Assembly: GCA_013239625.1 (NCBI GenBank)
Contig: MU053482.1
Span: forward strand, 3,743,922 to 3,807,921
DNA: 64,000 nucleotides
Source of the DNA: Lama guanicoe
Lineage: Eukaryota
Reading direction: 5' to 3'
Shown: one piece after another, positions 13,177 to 25,915 of the stretch
Position numbering within the stretch: the stretch's first letter is position 1
Layout: every line of letters begins with the position of its first letter
Position numbers and translations under genes: made by a program
Notes under the pieces: model-generated
What the model saw: the letters and a program-made list of their open reading frames with translations, nothing else
What the model was told of the DNA's origin: nothing
Database searches by the model: none

Positions 13177-15927
13177 GCAGCTACTTAGGAAACTACTGTG
13201 GTCAGGCAGAGATGTGTTCTTAAGAGAAGCTGAAATTAATTTCATTCTCTTACTTTCTTTAGAAAATTGATAGTTAATTTAAAAAGCTGGTCATTTAAAA
13301 AGAATGCCTGATCTTAGGTAAGTTTTAAAGCAGAAGTATAGGTATGCAAGACATTTAAACGCTCAGATATTAGTGAATGATTTTAGAATGCCAGGGGATC
13401 TGTTATTTATGCTGTTGTTCTGAAAACCAGTATATATATCTATATGTACTAGAGTGAAATTCTGGTTTTGGCTCTTCTACAAACTAGTTTGAAAACGTAA
13501 GCAAGTTACCTATTTTGTACATTGGAATTACTGAATTTTCCTGGAGATATGCTATATAAATACATATGTATCTTTTCATAAATCTTGGAGTTTCTCTGAT
13601 GAAAGGAGCATCAGTAACGGTAAGTACCAAGTATAAGGATGGTGACAATAATCATCACGATGGTAATAATCATGTCTCAGAGCTCTGCAGCACTGTCTTT
13701 CTGAGGAGCCCAGGGCGCTCCCATAGCAGATCTCGGTATCTCCGAGGCGGGGGCAGTAAGGGGGAGGTAGTAGTATCACGATTCTACAGCTGATGCAGCT
13801 CAGGGACTCTGAGATCTATATTTAGGGTCTTGCCCCTGAAGTTGCACAAGACAGGTTCTAGAAACCAGGATACCCAGTTCTCTTGCCAAGTACTCTCCCG
13901 TCTTTTAAATTTGTTTGCCTCCTATGTTTCCTGGACTGGGAATTGAAATATAAAAGAGTGTTCATTTTTACCTGCCAAACTGTAAATTTGTTACATGTGA
14001 TTGCTCTGGTTTACATAAAAATTGCCCAAAGTGTAGTAGCCATTCTATCAAAAATTTTGGTAGGATGATTTCTGTGCTCCCAAAGATCATTGAAATCTTA
14101 ATGACTTACTAAAAATAATATATTCTCACTGGTTGCATAATAATTTTCTTTATAGAAAGAAAATAGTGAGCCAATTCTAACAGTGAAAGGAATCTGAAGA
14201 TAGTGTGGCAGACCTATACACAACAAAATGAATTTTGGTTGCTATTGCGCCAAATGCTTACCTTTCCTTGGCTATAAATGCACTGTTCTCTGGTTGACAG
14301 TTATAACTTATTGTGGCTGATTAGATAAAGGGTGGAGAGAGAGAACATTTATGAGTCACCAAGGAACTCAAAACGGACAGCAGAGATATCATGGTGGACC
14401 GGTGCTGAGCCACAGTTACCCAGCACCGTCCCAGAGCACTGCACGTGTCCACTTTCACATCCCTGCAGCTGAGCTCAAAACCTAGCTATGACTCCTCCCC
14501 TCACACAGAAGAGAGAGTACCTATCAAAGTACACAAATCAACAAAATATCTTGGTTTTGAGCGAAGAATGATAAACTAGAACAAAGGATTTTCCTTTATT
14601 TTTAGTTAATTCATGGCATCTTTTAAAATCTTCTTTCCTCTCAAGCATGATTTAAACCAGAACTTTATATTGTGTTTCAGAAAGATTATCTTCTGGATAG
14701 ACAAACATATAAAAGTTTTGTTGCCTCCCTGCATTCTTTCACTGTGATTGCAAGACAGAGATAAAATTCAGCTGGATCTGGGAAACAACTGCCAAGAAAC
14801 TTAAGTAAGTATATACTGTATATTCAATAATAAATGTACTCAAATCTTTCTGATTACAGTTCATCTTTCTGCATCTCATTGGAGCCAAAGGGCAAACACA
14901 TGTTTGCTGACAAACCACCAAATCAAAGCCAGAGGAGGAAAAAAAGGACCAGAGTCATTTCAAGGTCCAAAGTTATGATTTCTGAGAACTTGGATAGCTA
15001 AGAATTTGGGAAAGAGACAAAGTGTTGTTCATTTTTAATTATAGGAAAATATATAATTTTGACACTATCTGGTAAATTTAAGAGCAAGCAAGACAAGGGA
15101 GATCATGATGTATAATTATAAAATCCTCTCAGAGGAAACAGATTATAGAATGATATTGGAAGTCAAAGGGTGAACAATCTTTCCTGGATTCAGGAGTCAA
15201 TGGAGACAAGCATGGAGGACTATCTACTCCTTTGCCATCATTACCATCTGTAGACCAGACACAGCTCATTGAGAAACAAATGCAGCATTAGCATCTGCTT
15301 CATCTCTAAGTTCTTCCTCACACAGTGTCTGGCACACTGTGGTCACTTAATAAACATTTCCTGAATCGTTAAGTTTGGTGGCAGTAACACAGACCTCTCC
15401 CCAGTAAGGCCATGGGCCAACTCATAGTAACAATAGTTAACAAACACTAAGCGCTTACTATTTTGCAGAGTATGTTCTAAATGTTTTATGTGTGTACCCA
15501 GCCCTAGGAGGTGGCTGATACTATTCTCTCTTTCACAGACAAGGAAGCTGCAGCACAGAGAAATGAGTATGTGTTAGAACCAGGATTTGACATTGGGCTG
15601 TATGGGTTCTAGAGCCCAAAAGCTATCCCACCACTGAATACTGCCTCAGGTCAATAAAGGGCCCCAGGGCAACTCCATGCTAAATTAAATCAGAGCTGGT
15701 TACCTGCCTGATCTAAGAACCAAGAAGAGGAAGTATGCCACTAGGCTAGGGAATTACTCTAAATATCAAGAGTTGGCTGATACTATGGGAAGTAGGAAGG
15801 GCTTCTGCTAGTTTACAGAGTGGAGCAAACACACTCACTCATAGAAGAAGGAGGAGTGGGGGCGAGGGGAAGAGAAAGGGATGGCGGGACAGAGGGAGGA
15901 GAGAGAAGAGAGAGAAGCAAGGGCAAG

Positions 15928-16050
15928 AGGAGGGGACAGCTCAGTGGTAGAGTGCACGCCTAGCATGCATGAGGTCCTCGGCTCAATCCCCAGCACTTGC
16001 ATCAAATAAGTAAGTAAAATCTAGTTACCTCTCCCACAAGAAAAATAAAA
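15928..16050 (+). mobile_element. tRNA-Ala-derived SINE (Vic-1-like)
   Basis: cagctcagtggtagag...tagcatgcatgaggtcctcggctcaatcccc followed by ctagttacctctccc and an A-rich tail. Confidence 0.8.
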
Positions 16051-17547
16051 CAGAGGCCAAGGACAAGAACTGGCATGGGGGAGGGGCAGATGGATACAGG
16101 AGGCCAAGACTCAGATCATGCTTGAATTCAGGGAGTTTTGAAGCCTCCCCTTAATTCCACCCCTTAAATTCTGCTCCCAAGCCTTGTTCCTCTTGATCAG
16201 AGGGAAAATATAAATACTAACAAGTAATAATAAACACATTTTAAAAAAAACACACAAACTTTTCTCAAACCAATCCTTTATGATAGGAAAAACTAGAAAG
16301 GGAGGTGACTTGGAGTTTTTAATTTTATGCAGCATAACCTCTTTCCGAGGGAGACAACTAGAAAGAAATGGTCTGGGGAAACAACAGTACATGATTTTTG
16401 TTCCTCATTGACTGAAGAGACCTGCCATCACCCTTGGTCCAACTGCTTCATGTAGATGCACAGGGTCCAAGTGTAGATGCACTGATAAACTGCTGACAGG
16501 CACGAGGTGAAAACCAAGGGCAGTGGCTCATCCAAAAAAGCCCTTTATCCCATTCATGTGCAATTTCCCCCCAGGGCTCACATGTCTGAGACCTCAAGGA
16601 AGGAATGGGACAAAAGAAGTGAGTGACACCCACAAGTAGGCTGTGGTACAGATCTCATGAGGCTGGGCATCAATCAACCTGTGTTAGAACAGAAGGCTAC
16701 ATTTTCTAAATTTGAATTTCCCTTTGTGTAGTTTCTTTCTGAACTTCCTTTTGGAATCCAATATGTTTTAATAAAACTCAATTTGAAAAAAAATTCTCAA
16801 ATGCACTAACAACAAGGGAAATTACCTGCTATGTGTCAGACGTTGTGCAAAGGTGATACAAATCTAGTAATGAAGAAAGCAGACATGGTCTCTGTCTTGA
16901 TGTAGCTAAAAGTCTTTTGGGGGAAGAAAGACACTAAAAAATTCAAATGTGATATGTTATGAAAGGGGATGTACAAGTTGCTATGGGCATTAGTGGAGGG
17001 AGCAATTACACATAAACAGAAGAGAAATTCTCAGTGGAAAGAAATCAAAAGCCAAGATAAAAACCCAGAACTCTCAGGAATGGGTGGGAGTAGATGGAGA
17101 TCCATGAAGCCGAGAAGATTTTATTTGCTTAACTTCATGGGGGTTAAATATTTCAATTAGGTAAGGACCCTCTTCTTTCTGGACTTTTGTCCACAGAGTG
17201 GGAGCATTCTGAAAGATTTGGTCTGAATCCAGGCTCTTTAATTTCCTTTTATGGACTAAAGCTGGTTTTTATGGATTATTAAAACTTTTTTTTTAATGGA
17301 TTAATTAAAACTGGGAGATGGGGCTATTGTCCCGAAGAACTTATAGCCTGTTTGGAGAGACAATGTATAAACATAGAAGAAATAGAAGAAGGCTATTAGG
17401 AGACTATAAATGAATAAAGCCTTATAGAAGGCAGAGGAAGAAGTTGCTATGGGCAGGAATGATAAGGGATGATATCATGATGAAGATGTCCTATTTTAGA
17501 ACTTATTGGTGAGTTATGATACTCCAAGAATGAGGACTAAAATCAGA

Positions 17548-17770
17548 CCAGGATTTATCAGACCTCGACACACTATCGACATTTTGAATCAGATAATTCT
17601 TTGTTGTAGAAGCCTACCCTGTGCACTGTAGTATGTTTAGCAGCATCCTTGGCCTCTACCCACTAGATCCAGCAGCAATATTCCCCCTAATTGTGACAAT
17701 CAAGAATGTCTCCTGGCATTACCAAATGTCCCCTGCGAGGCAAAAATCACCCTCCAGTTGAGAACCATTG
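17548..17770. mobile_element. MER20 hAT MITE
   Basis: gataattctttgttg...tgtttagcagcatccttggcctctacccactagat...gttgagaaccattg. Confidence 0.85.
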
Positions 17771-18839
17771 CATTAGACCCTGCTACCATGTTGGGTCTGG
17801 CTGATGACAGAGGGAGGTTCAGCAATACAGGGGAGATTCAGTATCCAAGAAAGGGTCGATCTACAGTTATGATGAGATAAACAGTTGGCGTCAAAACTGC
17901 ATCTTCTGGTATCTAGAAGGGAGGGTCTTGGACTCCAGAATTCCAGGCAAAAACTTCCCTTTCAGAATGAGACACATGGGATGAGTTGTCCTTGAGACTA
18001 AATGTCCAATGATCAGGACTAGATAGCTATTTGTGGGCCAACTGAACAGGGAAGATAACTCCATACTAAGGCTAACTCATTGGAAAGATAAAAATCTACT
18101 CAAACAAGTATCTATGAGGAATCTAAGATACAGTTATGTCAACATATAGGAGGTGAGCGGGTTGAGCCATGAAGAGCAAAGATAGGTAGAAACAGATGTA
18201 AAACTTTACTTCCTGTAGCTTTGGCCTAATTCATGCGTATTAGATAACTGATGTTCCTTCCAAATCCAAAATTATACGTATGAGGTAAGAGAAAACATTT
18301 TAATAGCATTACACACTACTTATGGAGTGTGTACTATATGCCAGGTATTTTACATTATCTCACTTAATCCTTACCACAATTCTATGAGGTAAGTACTACT
18401 ATTGTCATTATATAGCTAAGTTTAAGTGGAGTTATTAAAACCAAAATTCAAACCCAAATTTGTCTGACCCCAACACCTTGATCTTTCCAATTACCATGCT
18501 GTATTCTAAGGTGTGATAAGAAAGCAAGTGATGTGAAAGAAATTTCAGTTTCAGTAAGGGATAAGGGATAAGGGTAGAGAAAATGACTAGAGTCTGCCTG
18601 AAAGAGAGATTGTATAAGGACAATTTACTGGACATACAAAGATTTTTAGCAAATATCTCATACAATTTGTAAAACAGTAATGTATTTGTGAGACTCTTTT
18701 TAAGGGAGGCACTGATGAATGCTGGGTATCCTAAATATAATAAAATTTTATCTCTGTCCTTAAAGGACTCTCGATCTAATACAGTAGATATAAATAACAA
18801 TTCTACACTTTAATGTTTGATGTAAATGAAATGCTATAG

Positions 18840-21800
18840 GAGCTGTAGCTTGATGCTCAATCCCTTTCTAATCTAAAATAGCTGGAAAGCTATTAAGTGA
18901 TATTTCCCAGGCTCCTTTTCAGTTGGATTCCAAGTGTGATTCTGTTTGATGCATCTTGTGAGAAATGAATTCAGAACTGAGCCATGTGAAGACAGAGGAA
19001 AGATACATGGGATCTAATTTGCTTGTGTAGATTTGGCAGAGGTGATGTGTGTGATTCTGGAGCTGCCATTACATAAAATAGCAACAGCAGCAAAGGTAAT
19101 GTAGTTCTGTGGTGATCATCAATGGCAACAGCTTCCAACAGCAATGGTAGTGGGAACATTTCTAATCATGGCAGAAACAGAGTGGCTGTGAGGGCTGGAG
19201 GCTGTTCCACGGAGCTGGACCTAGAGCTTGCTCCTTTAGTCCTTTCAAAGATTTTGTAAGCACTCAATTCCTTGTTTTAAATCTCTTTTTGCCTATACTA
19301 GATTGGATTCTGTATTAGACAACTGAACATTGATTGATGCAGTAATAAGAAAGGTTGTAAACAATGACTTCCCAAGAAATGGGAATATGAGAAGAGCTAT
19401 CTGACCTGGATGTACCTGAAGATAGTGAGGATCTGGTGACTATTAGGGGACACTGTTAGTCCATGATACACAATGGAGAAAAAGCTATTTAAATTATCAT
19501 CTGTGGATCGCTAAGCTACTAAAATGTAAGCCAGAGACTATCTCTGCCATTGCAATACATGGAAAGTCTTCCTGGGAATAAAGACAACAAAGGAAGATGG
19601 AGCCAAGAGATAGCAAAGGATGAATTCTTACTGACATGATTTGAGTCCCTGGGGTCATCTGGAATGAAGTGCCTATTAAAGGCAAGGCTTTGGTGGACCA
19701 ACTGGCTGCCATGTTAGACCTTTATGGAAGGTACAAGGAATACAAGGTCAGGAATAGTGCTGGCTACTTCTAAGTGTGCTAGAAAAGTTAAAGAAAATTA
19801 TAGGCTCAAGATTTCAAATTCTTAGCTCAGAGCATGTTTAGAAAACCAGAGGATTTCTATGATTGTCCTAAAAAATCCCTTCTCTCTTATAGCTACAAGT
19901 CTAACACACCAAAAATTAGAAGCAGAATCTTTTTCAGTAAAATGCTGAATTACGACAGAGGTAGAATTAACAGCCTTGCTTGATCTCTAATGTAGAAGCT
20001 ATGGTACTAACTAGAAAAGTGTGGCACTCCAAAACTGGTATTCTGAGTTGCCAAACTCTGTTGGGTGTCTCTTGCCTGCAGAAGCAGCTCCTTTCTTCCC
20101 CTGATGTGGCTGGTCTTACCTTTTTTGAAAACTCTATAGAGACCATAATTATAGTCACCAATCTCCTCCTACAATGAACAGGCTGACCTTGTAACCTATA
20201 GGATATTGTAACCTATAGGATATAAATGATGGTGTGTGACTTCTGAGGCTAGGTCATAAAAGATGCTGCATTTTCCACTTTGTTCTCTCCTAGTTCTGGG
20301 GAAAGCCAGATGCCATGCTGTGAGGACACTCAAGCAGCACTTTTGAGAAGTCCATGTGGTGAGGAACCGAGGTCTCCTGCCAACAACCAGCACTAACTTG
20401 CCAGGTATGTGGGTGAGTCACCTTGGAAGCAGATCATCCAGCCTCCATCAATCCTTCAGATAACCGGGGCCTCATCTGACATCTAGACACCAACCTCATG
20501 AAAGACCTTGAGACAGAACCACCAGCTATGTGCCATTTCCAGATTCCTGACCTATAGAAGCTGTGAAATGCTTGTAATTTTCAATTGCTAAATTTTAGGA
20601 AATTTGTTATACAGTAATAGATAATGTGACCTCATCTTGCACAGGAATATCAGTTTTCCTCCCTTTCTACTCTGCATCCTCTCACTAAATCCAAATCTAT
20701 AAACTGAGTCAGACCCTAGTGTGCTCAAGGGAACCAATTACAAAGTAAATCGAGGAAGAGAAGGAAAACATGTAAGAAGAATGACAAGATTTTGCTAAAC
20801 TGCATTAGCAAAAAGCTGGGGAATATGTGTAGGAGTAGATTTTGAGGATTCAAGACCAAGGAAAGAAGTATTTATTTATTGATATGAGAACACTTACCAG
20901 AGGTTTTGGAGTCAAAGTACTAGTTTGGGTACCTAGGAGTGGTTTTAGTTATGCTTGTTGGTTAATTAAAAACTAGACTCTACTGGTGACTGAAACTAAA
21001 TAAAATTGGTTTGCCATAAATTTCTTGGTATAATGTTGAAGAGAAGCTCCAGAGGCCCTTAAATACAGAGTATGCCAAGTACCTCTGAGAAAGGTCTTTG
21101 TTATAACATCAAAAGTATGCTGTGTAAATCTTTCTCTCAGTCTTTCCTTAGGAGGACATACAGCTATTTGCTGGGGTAAAATTGTGCACAGGGGTTGGGG
21201 TGGGGAGGAGAGAACCATCTTGACCTTGAAGGGATTATTGAACAGTGGTGTTAATACCTGGTGACCCAGAATACTATGCACACAGGACTCGCTGGTTTTA
21301 CTGTACCTCCCCATCATCCAGTAGCAACTGTTCTTTAGAACTCTTCATCGGTCTTTTGAAGACTCAGTTCCAGGAGGGAGGGGAACACGTTGCAAAGTTA
21401 GGTTGTCCTGTAGCAGGGATTGGCAAATTACAGTCTGAGGGCCAAACCTGGCCCACATCCTGTTTTTGTACAGCCTTTAAGAATGGCTTTTACACTTTTT
21501 TAGGGTTAGTAAACAAAATCAAAGAAGTGACAGATCCCATATGGGGCACTTAAAGCAAAAGCATGGAACATTTACCATCTGGCCCTTTGCAGGAAATAGT
21601 TTGCCAGCTCTTGTCCTACAGCATTATGTGTTGTGAACTAGCAACCAGCACAGAGTGCTGCTTCTCCCTTGTCTACCGACAGATGAGATGGGGAGCCAGA
21701 AGTGAGATACAGAACTCACACTATTAATACCTACTGATCTGCTCATAAAATGTCTTGCTTTCTTTCCCATGACTTTGAGCTTTGCCCAGTTAAAGGTCCA

Positions 21801-22330
21801 AGGGAGGAATGTTTTTCCCAGAAAACCCTATAGTGGTTCCACTTAACTGGGAGTTCATACTACTAGTTAATTATCTTGGGCTCTTCTTGACATTGGAATA
21901 CTAGGGGGAAAAATGTACAAATTTGGCTGGGATGATTTATCCTTATTATCAAGGGGAAATCTGATTACTGCAACATAATGGGAGTAAGGATGAGAATGTC
22001 ATGAACCCAGGGGATGCTTTAGGTCACTTCTTAGTATTGCCATAAAGAGTGATAAAAGTCAATAGGAGACTATAGCAATCCAATTCAAACAGAATCACCA
22101 AGGAGTCATTTCTCAAGAATGAAGATGATCACATCATATGAAAATTTCAACCAGCTATGGATGCTGGCAAAATGAACATGATGATGGAAGGATGTTGTAA
22201 ACAGAACTTCAAGACAAGTTGTAGAAATGAGAATGTAGTAGTGACCCATCTCCTTTGCTCTGTTTTGTATATATCTATATATTTAATCCTTCCCATTGAC
22301 TTATTTTCTCTCCTAGTTTATTTAAGGTAT
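18840..22330 (+). mobile_element. Decayed ERVL-type provirus relic (LTR about 18840-19340, then internal sequence) with a nested MLT1 LTR at about 20197-20625
   Basis: ERVL-type LTR 3' end near 19340; gag-like remnant gggaatatgtgtaggagtagattttgagg near 20820; MLT1 motifs (aagtccatgtggtgaggaaccgagg). Confidence 0.55.
21414..21613. mobile_element. MER58-family hAT MITE
   Basis: cagggattggcaaattacag...ggccaaacctggccc...tttgccagctcttg. Confidence 0.7.
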
Positions 22331-24334
22331 AGTAGTTTAATGGTATTGTACTAATGTTAATTCATTAATTTTTATAATTATACAATTGTTATGCAAGATG
22401 TTAACATTCTAGGAAGCTAGGTGAAGGGCATTTGTACCATTTTTACAACTTTTCTGTAAGCCTAAATTTATTTCAAAATAAAAAGCTAAATAAAGCACAA
22501 TTGTCATGAAAACATACAGAATATGTAATTTAGAAATACATATAATATGAAATGATGAAATTTCAGATGCAACCTGGCAATAAAAAATAAGATACACTTA
22601 CATAATGTTTGATTAAAAAATACAAATGGTATTAAACACTTCTTCTAAACTAGTCATACCAGGAATTTTTCTCTATTATTTTTTCAATTATTGCTGCCCT
22701 ACAATTCTGTTATCTTTTCTTTGGAACTAGGAGAGAGAAACTGAAATCTCTGTATATATCTTACATGTTTCTTAAATCTTAAATCAACTCTCCCCCGTAT
22801 CTTTGTTCTTTCGGAAGAATTCTTCAGCTTATTCTTTCAGTTTTGCTCTTTGTCCATTTACTGGTTAGACCATCTTTTAATTTTTTAACAATCTTTAGTT
22901 ATTTTTCTTAAAAATTAGTTGTAATATTTTCTCATATTCCTCTGGGGATAGTCTGTATAACTATTAAATTTAAAAAAATACACGAGAACAATGCCTGACA
23001 CCACACCCAGTATGTCCTAAATATTAATCATTATTGTTTCCAAGATCCTCCTCTCTTTACTCTAAGAACTATTTACTTGGGTGTTAGTTGTTTTGTTTGT
23101 TGCTTGGTCTCACCCATTCATGGTTTGGTCTTCCTTGGGTATTTGGTGGTTCTTGATTATTCTCTCATCTTGGTGTTCATTGTTCTCTGTGCATGAGGCC
23201 TGTTTCTATTTATCACAGTTTGCTTTGATGATTATGAGGAAGGGATAAAATGTAATCTTGGACAGGGCATGCCAGTGGCTAATATTCTGGGGAAATGAGG
23301 TTTCCTTCCCTGGATGTAGCCACCTGAGGTACTGCCTGACTTATCTGCCCTGTTTCCAGAGTCACTGTGATGGTTTAGGGAAAGATACAATTTCAGGATA
23401 ACTTCTTAGCTTTGAAGAGTGAATGGAGTGAGATGCCAGTCCAACAAGAGGTTTCAAATTCCATTCCCCAGTTCCCTTTATGGTTCTTCTAGGACACTGT
23501 GCCTTTCCTCCATTCCCACCTGCCAGCTCCTCCTACCCTTTGCCTCTGAGATTGAGGTCTCACTCTTGCTCTGCCAATCTGATCTCATCTGCCCTCTGAC
23601 TTTTAGGGAATCACGAAAATTCCAAATCTGTTTATAATCTCGCACCGTGCTTTTTTTTTTTTTAAACAATTCTGTGCCTTGATCACTTGGCAAACTCAGA
23701 TCCATGCTTTTGATGCTTCAAGACTCAAAGCACTTTTTCCTCTTCTTTGATTCATACTTGTTTGATTATATTTCTTCTTTGAACTAACATAGCTCCCTGT
23801 ATACACCTTTATCGTTATTTACAAATGTCTCTGTCCTCTTCCACGACTCTCTGAATAAATTAACAACTGAAAGATACGCTCTCCAAAGGTCTGTTAGTAA
23901 CCCTAGCATGTCCACTAGATTATTTTCCTTAGATGGTCTTGCTGAGACTTACACTTTGTAGTTTTTTAAATAATGAAAATTCTGATACCACTAAAATTTA
24001 GAGTTTATGGTACCATGGACCAAGACTGAAAAAAGGTTTGATTTGTCCTATCTATGACAAAAATGACTAGGATGAACAATCCCTAGGAAGAAGTTAGGAT
24101 GGAGATGACTTTTTCTATCCTAGAAAATACACAGACTTTTAACACTTTAGAAAGATTCATTTCTAGACAAGTTTCTGCTAATCCTACATTATTCCTATGT
24201 ATTCACTGGGAGGGGTAATACGTGGAAGTACTGTGGGCTTTCTAGTCAGGTAGATGTGATTTGGAATCTCAGGTTTGCTATTTAATAGCTTTGTGAAACT
24301 AGATAAGCATCTTGAACACTCTGAGTCTACAGGG

Positions 24335-24925
24335 TGCAGCCTTCTATAATGGCTCTAGGTGATCTCTGCCTCCTGGTATTCATGCCTTTGTGTAATACTC
24401 TCTCCTCCTGAATGTGGGCTGGATCTAGTAACTTGATTTTTTTTTTTCAATAATCAACAGAAACTTATTTCTCACATTTCTTCTGGAGGCTGGGAAGTCA
24501 AAGTGCCAGCAGATTTGGAGGCTGGTGAAAGCCTGCATCCTGGTTCATTTGTGACTTGCTTTTAACGAACAGAATACAAGAAAAGTGATAGAATAACACT
24601 TCCAACGTTAGGTTATAAAAGTTTGTGACTACTGTGTTACTGGAACTCTCATTTGTTCATTTCATTGATGCCAGATGGTATGTTGTAAACAGCCTTATAG
24701 AGAGGTCCATGTTCAAGAGCTGAGGGCAGCCTTCCACTCAGTCCAGCAGTCTGTAAAAAAATAATCCTGCCAACAGGACTGTAGCCCTGGCCAATACCTA
24801 CACTGCAGCCATAGTAGACCCTGAAGCAGAGTCTGAAGCTAAACTGTACCTGGATTCCTGACCTACAGAAACTGTGAGAAAATGAGTGTTTTTTTAAGCT
24901 ACTAAATTGTTATTCAACAGACAAT
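24335..24925 (+). mobile_element. MLT1 LTR with a nested MLT1 fragment
   Basis: ctctgcctcctggtattcatgcctttgtgtaat...cctggattcctgacctacagaaactgtgag. Confidence 0.7.
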
Positions 24926-25165
24926 ACTGATGGTGTACCGCACAGAGTTATCATAATTAAATTAAAAAAGGAGGCATCTGGCATCCAATATATGACTATA
25001 TATATGTATATAACTATTATTAACTCAAGTTCACTAAGGATCTCTACCAGGCAATGTTTTGTTTTAGCATTGTTAGTATTAAAATAATGGTTTTAATGAT
25101 CTATAGAATTTTACAGTGATTTTACATATCTTATTTGACCTTCAGAGCTAGGCTGTGAGTAAAAC

Positions 25166-25915
25166 TGTGGTATAATACAAAACATATGTGTTCTTAGTCC
25201 TGGGCTTCCCGCACAGAGCCACCTAAGGAAAACAGAATTTCCTGAGTGACAGGAGTGTCTTTTGTCTTTCATTAGGGGTCCCTGTTGAGCACAAAAGCTC
25301 ATGCTAATGCTGGAGTTTATGCTAATGAGGTGACTTAGGGTGGGGCCCCTAAATGACCTCAGGTTGGGACTGGTCACCAGAAAGACTAAGTGATTGGAGG
25401 GTTGGATTCAGACCCACCCACTGACCTCCGGGAAGGGGAGAGTCGGGGAGGGCTACATATTAAGCCCTATAGAAACTCTTGAACCACACTGATGAGCTGC
25501 TGGATTGGTAAGCACATGGATATGTGGGGAGAACGGCTGCCCGAGAGATCATGGAAGCTGCAGCCCCTCCTACGTACCTTGCCCTGTGCACGTCTTCATT
25601 TGACTATTCCTGAGTTATAGCTCTTTATAACAAACTATTAAATGTAAGTAAATGTTTCTTTTAGTCCTGTCAGCCACTCTAGCAAATTAGTCGAACATGA
25701 AGAGGGGGTCGTGGGAACCTCCGATTTAACCTGTACTTGCTATTGGTGTCTTAAGGAGGGGTGGTGAGAAGTCTTGTTGGACTGAGCTCTTAACCAGTGG
25801 GATCTGACACTATCTCCAGGTCAATCGTGTCAGAACTGAATTAAACTGTAGGACACCTCAGTCAGTGTCTGCTGAGAATTGGAAAAATGCTTGATGGTGT
25901 TGAAAAAAACGTATT
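25166..25915 (+). mobile_element. MER21-family LTR
   Basis: TG start; gggactggtcaccagaaagac, cacccactgacctccgggaagggg, gggatctgacactatctccagg...gtcagaactgaattaaactgtaggacac. Confidence 0.7.
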
